Part shown: one piece after another, positions 13,899-25,152 of the stretch
Numbering within the stretch: position 1 is the stretch's first letter
Layout: every line of letters begins with the position of its first letter
Assembly (NCBI RefSeq): GCF_009914755.1
Contig: NC_060931.1
Length of the DNA stretch: 64,000 nt
Strand: one strand, 5' to 3'
Source of the DNA: the human T2T-CHM13v2.0 reference genome, Homo sapiens
Made by a program: the position numbers and the translations under genes
Notes under the pieces: generated by a model
Database searches by the model: none
Seen by the model: the letters and a program-made list of their open reading frames with translations, nothing else
What the model was told of the DNA's origin: nothing

Positions 13899-15354
13899 GA
13901 GAGACAGCTCTTGGCCTGTTACTGGGCTTTGGTGGAAAATGAACGTTTGACTATGGGTCATCAAGTCACCATGCGACCTGAACTGCCTATTATGAACTCA
14001 TGAACTGGATGCTTTCTGACCCATACAGCCATAAATTGGGTCATGCACAGCAGCATTCCATCATCAAATGGAAGTGGTATATACATGATCACACTCGAGC
14101 AGGTCCTGAAAGGCACATTGAGAAAGTGGCTCAAATGCCCATGGCCTCCATTCCTACCACCCTGCCTTCTTTCCCCCAGCCTGCATCGATGGCCTCATGG
14201 GGAGTTCCCTATGATCAGTTGACAGAGGAAGAGACTACTAGGGCCTGGCTCTCAGATGGTTCTGCCCAATATGCAACCACCACCCAAAAGTGGACAGCTG
14301 CAGTGCTACAGCCCCTTTCTAGGACATCTCTGAAGGACAGCAGTGAATGAAAATCTTCCCAGTGAGCAAAACTTCAAGCAGTGCACCTGGTTGTACACTT
14401 TGCATGGAAGGAGAAATGGCCAGATATGTGATTATATACTGATTCATGGGCTATAGCCAATGGTTTGGCTGGTTGGTCAGGGGCTTGGAAACAGCATGAC
14501 TGGAAAATTGGCGACAAAGGAATTTGAGGAAGAGGTATGTGGATTGACCTCTCTGGGTGGTCAAAAACTGTGAAGATATTTGTATCCCATGAGAGTGCTC
14601 ACCAAAAAGTGACCTCAGCAGAAGAGAATTTTAATAATTAAGTGGATAGGATGACTTGTTCTGTACACCCCACTCAGCCTTTTTCCCCAGCCACCTCTTC
14701 CACTTACCAAGGCTGACCTGGCTACAGCCACAGCTGAGTGCCCAATTTGCCAACAGCAGAGACCAACAATGAGACCTGGATGTGGCACCATTCCTCAGGG
14801 TGATCAGCCAGCTACTTGGTGGCAGGTTCATTATATTGGACCTTTTCCATCATGGAAAGGGCAGAGAGTGTCCTCACTGGAATAGACACTTACTCTGAAT
14901 ATGAGTTTGCCTATCCAGCATGCAATGCTTCTGCTAAGACTACTATCCGTGTACTCATGGAATGCCTTATCAACCATCGTGGTATTCCACTCAGCATTGC
15001 CCCTGATCAAGGCACTCACTTGATAGCTAAAGAAGTGTGACGGTGGGCTCAGGCTCGTTGAATTCACTGGTCTTACCATGTTCCCCATCATCCTGAAGCA
15101 GCTGGATTGATAGAACGGTGAAATGGCCTTTGAAGTCACAATTACAATGCCAACTAGGTGACAATACTTTGCAGGGCTGGGGCAAAGTTCTCCAGAAGGC
15201 CCTGTATGCTCTGAATCAGCGTCTGATATATGGTACTGTTTCTCCACAGCCAGGATTCAGGGGTCCAGGAATCAAGGGGTGCATGTGGAAATGGCACCAT
15301 TCACCATCTCTCCTAGTGATCCACTAGCAAAATTTTTGCTTCCTGTTCCCAGGA

Positions 15355-15545
15355 CATGTTCTGCTAGCCTAGAGTTCTTCATTTCAGAGGAACACTGCCA
15401 CCAGGAGACACAACAAGGTTTCCATTAAACTGGAAGTTAAGATTGCCACCTGTATACTTTGGGCTTCTCCTACCTTTAAGTCAACAGGCTAAGAAGGTAG
15501 TTACAGTGTTGGCTGGGGTGATTGACCCAGACTATCAAGATGAAA
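15355..15545 (+). pseudogene. HERV-L dUTPase remnant, truncated
   Basis: Translates LPPGDTTRFPLNWKLRLPPVYFGLLLPLSQQAKKVVTVLAGVIDPDYQDE, including dUTPase motif 3. Confidence 0.8.
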
Positions 15546-15582
15546 ACATGACTATCAAGATGAAAACGTAACTATCAAGATG
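15531..15582 (+). repeat. 20-bp-period triplication (actatcaagatg core) at the HERV-L/L1PB deletion junction
   Basis: Copies start at 15531, 15551 and 15571. Confidence 0.95.
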
Positions 15583-15816
15583 GGAATTAAACTATTACAA
15601 CCACTATGGAAAACAATATGGAAATTCCTTAAGGAACTAAAAGTACATCTACCATTTGATCCAGCAATGCCACTACTGGGTGTCTACCCAGAGGAAAAGA
15701 AATCATTATATGAAAAAGACACTTGCACATGCAAGTTTATAGCAGCACAATTTGCAATTGCAAAAATATGAAACCAGCCCAAATGCCCATCAATCAAGTG
15801 GATAAAGAAAATGTGG

Positions 15817-15871
15817 TGTGTGTGTGTGTGTGTGTATATATGTATATTTATATATATATAAAATATATATA
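15817..15871. repeat. (TG)n(TA)n microsatellite in L1PB
   Basis: Direct. Confidence 0.9.
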
Positions 15872-16740
15872 CCATGGAATACTACTCAGCCATAAAATGA
15901 CATGAAATGATGTCATTCCTAGCAACCTGAATGGAGTTGGAGACCATTATTCTAAGTAAAGTAACTCAGGAATGGAAAACAAAACATTGTATGTTCTCAC
16001 TTATATGTGGAACTAAGCTATGAGGATGCAAATGCGTAAGAATGATACAATGGACTTTGGGGACTTGCAGGGAAGGGTGGCAGGTGGGTGAGGTATAAAA
16101 GACTATACACTGAGTACAGTGTACACTGCTTGGGTGATGGGTGCACCAAAATCTCAGAAATCACCACTAAAGAACTTATCCATGTATCCAAATACCACCC
16201 ATTACCCAAAAACTATTGAAAGAAAAAAGACGTATTGAAGAAAGTAGAAAAGGCAATTTTACATTATCTACATTACCCTTTCCCCAACACCAGGCATGCA
16301 GAACAGAGATGCCAGCTGTTTGAGGAAAGGGGAGAAAAGTAAGTATAGGACTTTGCCTTTAAACCTAGTACAGGGGCATTGTAATAAAACCCAACACTAG
16401 GCAGAACCCCTCAGTCCCTGTCACCAGACCAGTACCCATGGACAAAACCTCTACTCCAGCCCTGGCACCAGATAACAACACACACCTCCAGCAGGATGGA
16501 ATTTATCAGAGAAATTTAACAAAGAGATTGAAATAATTAAAAAAAGTAGAAATCCTGGAACTGAATTCAAAGAATCCTGGAAAATATACTGTCAGAGGAG
16601 ATAAAAGAAAAAATAAGAATTAAAAAAATAAAGAAAGATCACAGGATTTACTGTATAGCATCAAAAGAGCAAATATTAACATATGGGTCATTGATATTCA
16701 AGACGGAGTAGAGAAAGAGAAAGAAGTAGAAAGCTTATTT

Positions 16741-17163
16741 ATTTATTTTTTTTAAATTTTATTATTATTATACTTTAAGTTTTAGGGTACATGTGCACAA
16801 TGTGCAGGTTAGTTACATATGTATACATGTGCCATGCTGGTGTGCTGCACCCATTAACTCGTCATTTAGCATTAGGTATATCTCCTAAAGCTATCCCTCC
16901 CCCCTCCCCCCACCCCACAACAGTCTCCATAGTGTGATGTTCCCCTTCCTGTGTCCATGTGTTCTCACTGTTCAATTCCCACCTATGAGTGAGAATATGT
17001 GGTGTTTGGTTTTTTGTTCTTGCGATAGTTTACTGAGAATGATGATTTCCAATTTCATCCATGTCCCTACAAAGGACATGAACTCATCATTTTTTATGGC
17101 TGCATAGTATTCCATGGTGTATATGTGCCACATTTTCTTAATCCAGTCTATCATTGTTGGACA
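16741..17163 (-). mobile_element. Young 5'-truncated L1PA2/3
   Basis: Near-consensus 3' end (cacaatgtgcaggttagttac, catttagcattagg, atgatgatttccaat); TSD aagcttattt at 16731-16740 and 17164-17173. Confidence 0.9.
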
Positions 17164-17361
17164 AAGCTTATTTAAAGAAATAATAAAAAAATTTTCAAAC
17201 CTCGAGAAAGATAAAAATATCCAGGTGCATGAAGGTCAAATGTCTCCAATCAGAGTCAATCCAAATAAGACTGTCCCATGATAGATTATATTTAAAATGC
17301 CAAAGATTGAAGGCAAAGAGAAGATCCTAAAAGCCGCAAGAGAAATGAAGCAAATAATAAA

Positions 17362-17440
17362 TTAGGGTAGTGCAAAGGTAATTGCTGTTTTTGCCATTAA
17401 AAGTAAAGGCAAAAAACACAATTATTTTTGCACCACCTAT
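17362..17440. mobile_element. MADE1 (Hsmar1-derived mariner MITE)
   Basis: About 80-bp near-palindrome ttagggtagtgcaaaggtaattgc...caattatttttgcaccaccta. Confidence 0.85.
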
Positions 17441-18453
17441 AGGGAGCACTATATGCCTAACAGAAGACTCCTTAACCAAAAACTTAAAGGCCAAAGGGAG
17501 TGAGATGATATATTCAAAGAGAAGAAAAAAACACTGTAAACCAAGAAATTTATACCTAGCCAAGTTGTCCATCAGAAATAAAATGCTGTAAGACTTATCT
17601 GAACAAACAGAAGCTGAAGGAATTCATCACCGTTAGATCTGTCTTACAAGAAATGCTAAAAGGAGTTCTTCAACATGAATGAAAAGAACAGTAATGAGTA
17701 ACACAAAAAACATCTGAAAGTATATAACTCACTTATAACAGAAAATATACAGTCAAATTCTGAATATTCCAATAATGGTGATGTATAAATCACTTATTAT
17801 CATGAAGGTTAAAAGAAAAAAATAATTAAAAATAATAATAACTACAATAATTTGTCCAGGGATATATGATGTAAAAATAGGTAAATAATGATACGAAAAA
17901 TTTAAGATGAGGGAGGTGAATGAAATTAAAGAGTCATTTATTGTGCTTTTTTGTAATCAATAAGTTGCTATCAATTTTTAAAAACTTCTTATAACTATAA
18001 GCTGTTTTCTGTAAATCCCATGGCAACCACAAAGCACAAACCTATAATAGATACACTAAAAATTAAAAAGCAATGAATTTAAATATACTACTGGAGATAA
18101 TCAATTAAGCTCTAAGAAAGACAGTAAGAGAGAAAAATAGTAAGAAAGGATCTACAAAACAATTAGAAAACAATTAACAAAATGGCAGTAGTAAGTCCTT
18201 ATGTATCAATAACTATATTGAATGTAAAAGGATAAAATCTCTAATGAAAAGACATAGAATGGCTAAATAATTTTTTTAAAATGACTCACCTGTATACTAC
18301 CTACAAAGGCTTACTTCACCTGTAAGGTCACACAAAGACTGAAGGTGAAGGGATGGAAATGATATTTCACGTAAATAGAAGCCAAAAGAGAGTAGAAACA
18401 GCTATACTTATATCAGGTAAAATAGACACTATGGCAACAACTATAAAAATAGA

Positions 18454-18866
18454 TATATTAATCCATTTGCATTGCTAAAAAGGAATAGCTGAAGCAGAGT
18501 AATTTATAATGAAAAGATTTTTTCTGGCTTAGTTCCGTTGGCTGTACAGGAAACATGGGACCAGCATCGCTTCTAGTGAAGGCCTCACAAATATTTCAAT
18601 TGTGGCAGAAGGTGAAGGGAGAGCAGGCGTATCACATGCTGAGAAAGGAGAAGGAAAGAAAGAGAAGAGAAGGTACTAAGGTCTTTTTAACAATTAGTTC
18701 TCATGTGAAATAGAACAAGAACTCACTCAACTACCTCAAGAAAGCCACCAAGCCATTCATGAAGAACTTCCCCCATGACCAAAAACCTCCCAGTAGACCC
18801 CATGTCCAACACTGAGATCAAATTTAAATATGAGATTCGGAAGGGACAAACATCCAAACTATATCA
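18454..18866 (-). mobile_element. MSTB solo LTR (MaLR)
   Basis: 5-bp TSD ataga at 18449-18453 and 18867-18871; MST-type body; ends catccaaactatatca. Confidence 0.85.
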
Positions 18867-19337
18867 ATAGACAAAGAAAGTCATTATATAATGATAAAGA
18901 AGTCAATTTAGCAAGAGGATATGACAATTGTAAGTATACATATACCCAACATTGGAGCACAAAAATATATAAAGAAAATATTAATAGATCTAAAGAGAAA
19001 GATAGAATGCAATAAAATGATAGTAAGGGACTTGAACACTCCACTTTTAGAAATGAGCAAATCATCCAGACAGAAAATCAGAAAAAAAAAACATCAAATT
19101 TAAATTGCACTATAGACCAAATGGACCTACAGACATGTACAGAACATTCCATTCTATAGCTATAGAATATACATTCTTCTCAACTGCACATGGAACATTT
19201 TCTAGGATAATACATTTTCATGTATTAGGCAATAAAACAAGTCTTAACAAATTTAAGATTATCAAAATCATATCAAGTGTCTTTTCTGACCAATACTGAG
19301 TGAGGTGAATAGATAAATAATAAAAAGTCTCCCATCA

Positions 19338-19931
19338 GAGTGTAAATTAGTTCAACCATTGTGGAAGACAATGTGGTGATTCCTCAAGGACCTAGAACCA
19401 GAAATACCATTTGACCCAGCAATCCCATTACTGGGTATATACCCAAAGGATTATAAATCATTCTACTATAAAGACACATGCATACGTATGTTTATTGCAG
19501 CACTATACGCAATAGCAAAGACTTGGAACCAACCCAAATGCCCATCAATGATAGACTGGATAAAGAGAATGTGGCACATATACACCATGGAATATTATGC
19601 AGCCATAAAAAAGGATGAGTTCTTGTCCTTTGCAGGGACATGGATGAAGCTGGAAACCATAATTCTCTGCAAACTAACACAGGAACAGAAAACCAAACAC
19701 CGCATGTTCTCACTCATAGGTAGGAGTTGAACAATGAGAACACATGGACACAGGGAGGGGAACATCACACACCAGGGCCTGTTGGGGGGTGGGGGCCTAG
19801 GGGAGGGATAGCATTAGGAGAAATACCTAATGTAGATGACGGGTTGATGGGTGCAGCAAACCACCACGGCACGTATATACCTATGTAACAAACCTGCCCG
19901 TGTATCCCAGAACTTAAAGTATAACAAAAAG
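19338..19931 (+). mobile_element. 5'-truncated L1PA7-like element
   Basis: ORF2 C-terminus MFIAAL...[14 protein letters not shown]; L1PA7-type 3' UTR; TSD aaaagtctccc(at/gc)ca at 19323-19337 and 19932-19946. Confidence 0.85.
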
Positions 19932-20791
19932 AAAAGTCTCCCGCCAAAGAAAAGCCCAGGACCTTATGGCTTCACTGTTGAATTCAACCAAACATTTAAA
20001 GAACTAATATCAATTCTTTCCAAACTATTCCAAAAAAATTGAAAAGGGAGTAATTCTTCAAATTCTTTCTATGAGGCCAGCATTGCTCTGATACCAAAAC
20101 CAGACAAGGACACAACAAAAACAGGAAAACACAGGCCAATATCCTTGATGAATGTAGACACAAAAATCCTCAATGAAACACTAGCAAGATGAATTCAATA
20201 GCCCATTCATAAAATCATTCACCATGATCAAATGATATTCCTCCCAGGGATGCAAGGATGGTTCAAAATATGTAAATCAATGCAAGATATATCACATCAA
20301 TGGGATGAAGTACAAAAACCATATGACCATTGTGGTAGATGCAGAAAAAGCATTTGACAAAATTCAACATTCTTTTATAGTAAAAACTGTCAACAAATTA
20401 TGCATAAAAGGAATGTACCTCAATACACTAAAGGCCATATGTGACAAACCTACAGCTAACATCATACTAAAGAGGGAGAAAGTGAAAGTTTTTCCTCTAA
20501 TATCTGGAATAAGACAAGAATACCACTTTCACCAGCCCTATTCAACACAGTATTGGAAACCCAAACCAAACCAATTAACCCATAGAAATAAGTAAAGGAC
20601 ATCCAAATTGGAAAGGAGAAAGGTAACTCATCCCAATTTGTTGACATGTTTTTATATATGGAAAACCATAAAGATTCCACTGAAAGCTTTTATAAGCAAT
20701 AAATTCAGTAAAGTTACAGCTTATAAAATCAACATATGAAAATTAGTAGTATTTCTATGTATGAATAATGAACTATTAAAAAGAAAATTAA

Positions 20792-21079
20792 GGCCGGGTG
20801 CTGTGGCTCATGCCTGTAATCCCAGCACTTTGGGAGGCTGAGGTGGGCGAATTACAAGGTCAGGAGATCGAGACCATCCTGGCTAACACGGGGAAACCCA
20901 GTCTCTACTAAAAACACACAAAAAATTAGCCTGGTGCTGTGGTGGGCGCCGGTAGTCCCAGCTACTCAGGAGGCTGAGGCAGGAGAATGGCATGAACCCA
21001 GGAGCCAGAGCTTTCAGTGAGCCGAGATTGCACCACTGTACTCCAGCCTGGGCGACAGAGCGAGGCTCCATCTCAAAAA

Positions 21080-21118
<39 letters not shown>

Positions 21119-21124
21119 AAATAA
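20792..21124 (+). mobile_element. AluY with (AAAT)n tail
   Basis: Diagnostic gagatcgagaccatcctggctaacacgg and gaatggcatgaaccc. Confidence 0.9.
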
Positions 21125-21168
21125 AGAAGGACATTAAGCTAAAAAATCCATTTATAGTAGCGACAAAA

Positions 21169-21201
<33 letters not shown>
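21169..21201. repeat. (AAT)n microsatellite
   Basis: Direct. Confidence 0.9.
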
Positions 21202-21203
<2 letters not shown>

Positions 21204-24176
21204 CTAGGAACCAATTTAGCCAAGAAGGTGAAAGGTCTCTACAATTAAAACTATAAAATATTGACAAAAGAAATTGAACAAAACACAAATATATAGAAAG
21301 ATATTTCTTGTTCGTGGATTGGAAGATTAATATTATGAAAATGCCCATATTTACCCAAAGAGATCTACAGATTCAACAAAATTTTTAACAAAATTTCAGT
21401 GTTACTGTTCACAGAAATAGAAAAATAAACAGTCTTTAAATTTGTATGGAACCACAAGGCCCTGAATAACAACAACAAAAAATCTTCAGCAAAAAGAACA
21501 CAACTAGCAGCATTACCCTGATTTCAAAACACATTATAAAGCAGTTTTCATCAAAACAGCATGGTACTAGCATAAAAACAGACATATAGACCAATGGAAC
21601 AGAATAGAGGCCCCAGAAATAACCCCATATATTTATAGTTAATTGATTTTTTACAAAGGTGCCAGGAACACACAATGGAATGAGGACAGTCTCTTCAATA
21701 AGTGGTGTTGGGAAAAGTGGATATCTACATACAGAAAAATGAAACTGGACTCTTGTCCACACCATATACAAAAATAAAATGAATTAAGACTTAAATGTAT
21801 GACATGAAACTGTAATATTACCAGAATAAAAATATGGGGAAAAGTTCCATGGCATTGGTCTGGGCAGTGATTTCTTGGATATGATCAAAAATGCATAGGT
21901 GACAAAAGCAAAAATAGGCAAATAAGACAGTATCAAATTAAAAGTTTTCTGCAAAGCAAACAACAAAATGAAGAGACAATTTACAGATCAGTAGAAAATA
22001 TTTGCAAACTATACATTTAATAAGGGATTATTATCCAAAATATATAGGTAACCTAAATAACTCAATAGCAAGAAAACAAATAACCCAATTTTTTAAATGG
22101 GCAAAGAACCTGAACAGATATTTTTCAAAAGAAGACCTACAAATGGCCAACAGGTACATGAAAAAAAATGCTCAGCATCACTAATTATTTGGAAAATGCA
22201 AATCAGAACCACATAGAGTTAGCACCTCACACCAAGTAGAATGGCTTTTACCAAAAAGACGATGGATAGCAAGTGTTGGTAAGAATGCAGAGGAAAGGGA
22301 ACTCTTGCACATTGTTGGTGGAATGTAAATTAGTATAGCCATCATGGAAAATAGTATGTCAGTTCCTCAAAAAATTAAAAATAGAACTACCTTATGATCC
22401 AGTAACCCCACGTCTGGGTATACATCCAAAGTAACTGAAATCAATATGGTAAAAGGATATCTGTACTCCCACGTTTATTGCAGTACTATTCACAATAGCC
22501 AATATATGGAATCAACCTAAATGTCCATCAACAGATGAATGGATCATTAAAATATTATGTATATACCCAGTGAAATACTATTAAGCCTTTAAAGGGAGGG
22601 AAATCCTGTCTTTTGAGAAAAGATGGATGAGCCTGGAGGACATTATGCTAAGTAAAATAAACCAAGTACAGAAATACAAACACCACATGGTCTCAGTTAT
22701 ATGTGGAATCTAAAAAAGTTGAACTCACAGAAGTAGAGAGCAGAATAGTGGTTGCCAGGGACTGATCGAGTAGTGGGGAGGGAGAGAATGAGCAGTTATT
22801 GATCATAGAGTATAAAGGTTCATATAGACAGGAGAAATAGTTTTTGACATCTATTGTACTTCATGTTGATTATAGTCAATAATAATGTATAGTATATCTC
22901 AAAGTAATGAAAAGAATAAACTTCAAATATCCTACAATAAAAATTGATAGGTAAGTGAAGTGACAGAGATGTTAATTCACTTGATTTAATTATATACATT
23001 ATATACATATATCTAAATATCACACTGTATCCCATAAATATATAATTATGACATTCAATCAAAAATAGTATTCATAATAAAAAATTAATAGAATTCCAAT
23101 GCGTGATTGGAGGTCGTGATGACCCATGGGAGCAATCGGAGAAGTAGAGTAAGGAGCGTGAAGCCAGATTATAGTAGGTTGGGAAAAAAATGATAAGTGA
23201 GGAGTAGAAACAATGGGTATAAATCACTCTGATTTTGAGAAGAATTTAGATTAGAAAATGCCAAGGACAAGAGAGTCACAGGGCTTTTTCAGAAAAAAAA
23301 AAAATCATCCTACATGTATTGTTTATGAAAACATTGAATATGGGACACAAATGTTCTATTTAACAGTTAACCATGTACGAAATGGTAAATTCCTTCCAAA
23401 TTACTTCCACTTACTAATCAGCTTTCATCTCCTAATTACAGAAAGGATCACAATGAAGCACATTAACTGCATTAGTAAATACTCAAGTGATCAAGTGATT
23501 TCCATATGCCTCTGCTGTCAGAGTCCCCATGAGAATGCCCTAGGCCAACTGAGTACTTGACTGACTTTCATGAGAAAGGTCTTGGCTTCCCCTAGAACAT
23601 GTATTTCACAATGAAGAGTAAAATGAGGATTGATAAATTAATCTCAACTTTCGAATTCAAATCCCCATTAATGTTTTTACTTTTCCAACTACCTTTAAGT
23701 CTACAGAAATTTCCTATTGAAGATTTCTCTAGGTGGTGTCTGGTTTTGACAGTAATAACCTTTGAATAAAGAATATTTCACTTATAAAGAAGAGGCAGAT
23801 CCTCATATTAACAATCTCTTATTGACCACTGTTAAGAATTCATTTATGGCAAATGCCAAATTCTATCTGACCTAAAGATTTGGCTAACTTTAAAATTACC
23901 AGGCATGTCAATATTCCTTTATATCAACTTTTCTAACTTTACCTTCACGGTCTGTGGATCTTTGGTGTCTTGAATACTTAAGAATCAATTTCTCAATTAC
24001 AGTTTGTTTTCTTTTTTGTTCAGTCTCCAGGGTTACATTTAATCCCTTCTCATACACCTTGCCATCTTCTAAATAAGAAAATCAATTTCCTCCCTCTTTT
24101 TCTTTCAGAGCTACAATGCTCAAACAAATCTTTCTTTTCTAGATGGATTTCAACAGACTTTGTAGATTATTAGCCC

Positions 24177-24522
24177 ATATATATATATATACACACACAC
24201 ACACATATATATGTATATGTGTATATACACATATGTGTATATATACATGTGTATATACACATATGTGTGTATATACACATATGTGTATATACGTATATAT
24301 ACATGTGTATATACACACGTGTGTATATACGTATATATGTGTATATACACACGTGTGTATATACGTATATATACATGTGTATATACACACGTGTGTATAT
24401 AGGTATATATATACATATATATGGCTATATGTGTGTGTATATATATACACACACATATAGCCATATATATACACACACACATTGTACCCCGTAAGTATAT
24501 ATATTTATATATATTTTACATA
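24177..24522. repeat. TA/CA/TG low-complexity VNTR containing a perfect 56-bp palindrome (24415-24470)
   Basis: Mostly alternating purine-pyrimidine tract; palindrome checked base by base. Confidence 0.9.
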
Positions 24523-24778
24523 TATTATCCAAAATATTTATGTAACCCCAAACAACTCAATACCAAGAAAACAAATAACCCAATTTTTAAAATGGGCAAA
24601 GAACCTGAACAATATTTTTCAAAAGAAGACCTGCAATGGCCAACAGATACATGAGAAAAATGTTCAGCATCACTAATTATTTGGGAAATGCAAATTAAAA
24701 CCGCATAGAGCAATCACTTCACACCAATTAGAATGGCTTTTACCAAAAAAAAGACAGATAACAAGTGTTGGCAAGAAT
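24523..24778 (+). mobile_element. L1 ORF2 fragment, apparent local copy of 22029-22286
   Basis: Collinear match sharing cactaattatttgg, catagag and ggcttttacc. Confidence 0.8.
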
Positions 24779-24906
24779 TATATTTTTTTATATATGATAT
24801 ATACACATACATTGTACCCCATATAAGCTAAGAATCTACAAAGATTTATAGGATAATAATCTACAAAGCATAAAACTGCTCATGCCTTCTCATGTTGTGC
24901 TTTAGC

Positions 24907-25035
24907 TAGAGTGACCATATAGTTTATCATCCAAACCATCACATTCGGGAGAGTGAAAAGGGATGTTATTCCTAAGAACTTAAAAAGGCAGTCATTGACT
25001 AGGACAGAGTGAGGGAAACCAGGATAGTCACACTA
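24907..25035 (+). mobile_element. MER94-like (hAT-Blackjack) MITE
   Basis: tagagtgaccatatagtttatcatccaaacc...gagagtgaaaaggg...gtcacacta. Confidence 0.6.
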
Positions 25036-25116
25036 TTTTATCTCTCCTGTGCCAAAAAAAATGGAATAAATACTAAAGAAACTACAGCAATTAAGGGCAA
25101 AGAGTAGGACAATTTA

Positions 25117-25118
<2 letters not shown>

Positions 25119-25149
<31 letters not shown>
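25119..25149 (+). repeat. T31 homopolymer
   Basis: Direct count. Confidence 0.95.

Positions 25150-25152
<3 letters not shown>

Larger units (their letters stand above)
10612..15545 (+). mobile_element. HERV-L internal region (gag-pro-pol-dUTPase), defective and 3'-truncated, no 3' LTR
   Basis: gag fragments (ORFs 10720, 11774, 12056); protease DTG 12524-12532; RT AIDLATAFF, LPQG and YIDD 13313-13324; RNase H SDGS; integrase CPIC, DTYS, DQG; dUTPase after integrase as expected for ERV-L. Confidence 0.95.
5022..16226 (+). mobile_element. Originally full-length L1PB (L1PBa 5' UTR, L1PB1/2 3' UTR), interrupted by HERV-L
   Basis: TSD aagac(a/g)tattga at 5010-5021 and 16227-16238; 5' UTR 5022-6674; ORF1 and ORF2 remnants; 3' piece 15581-16226 with gggtgcaccaaaatctcagaaatcaccactaaagaactt. 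Confidence 0.9.
4865..23085 (+). mobile_element. Old L1 (L1M2-type 5' UTR, L1MA5/5A-like 3' end); host of nested insertions, in pieces 4865-5021 and 16227-23085
   Basis: 5' UTR reads straight across the L1PB insertion; ORF1 remnants ~16500-17680; ORF2 from ~18182 with EN, RT and C-terminal remnants (ORFs 18921, 19105, 20305, 22002); L1MA-type 3' UTR ends ~23085; internal deletions near 16500 and 19297. Confidence 0.8.

Noticed and set aside
10612-15545. HERV-L as a source of intact Gag, Pol or dUTPase protein
   Set aside because: Many stops and frameshifts, a T25 tract and deletions; the longest fragments are about 100-116 aa
15531-15600. Repeat-spacer-like 20-bp periodicity resembling a mini CRISPR
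   Set aside because: Eukaryotic TE junction, only three short copies, related intervening bases and no cas genes
24139-24494. Stack of overlapping Y/I/H/T/C/V-rich ORFs on both strands
   Set aside because: Translation artefact of the stop-free TA/CA repeat
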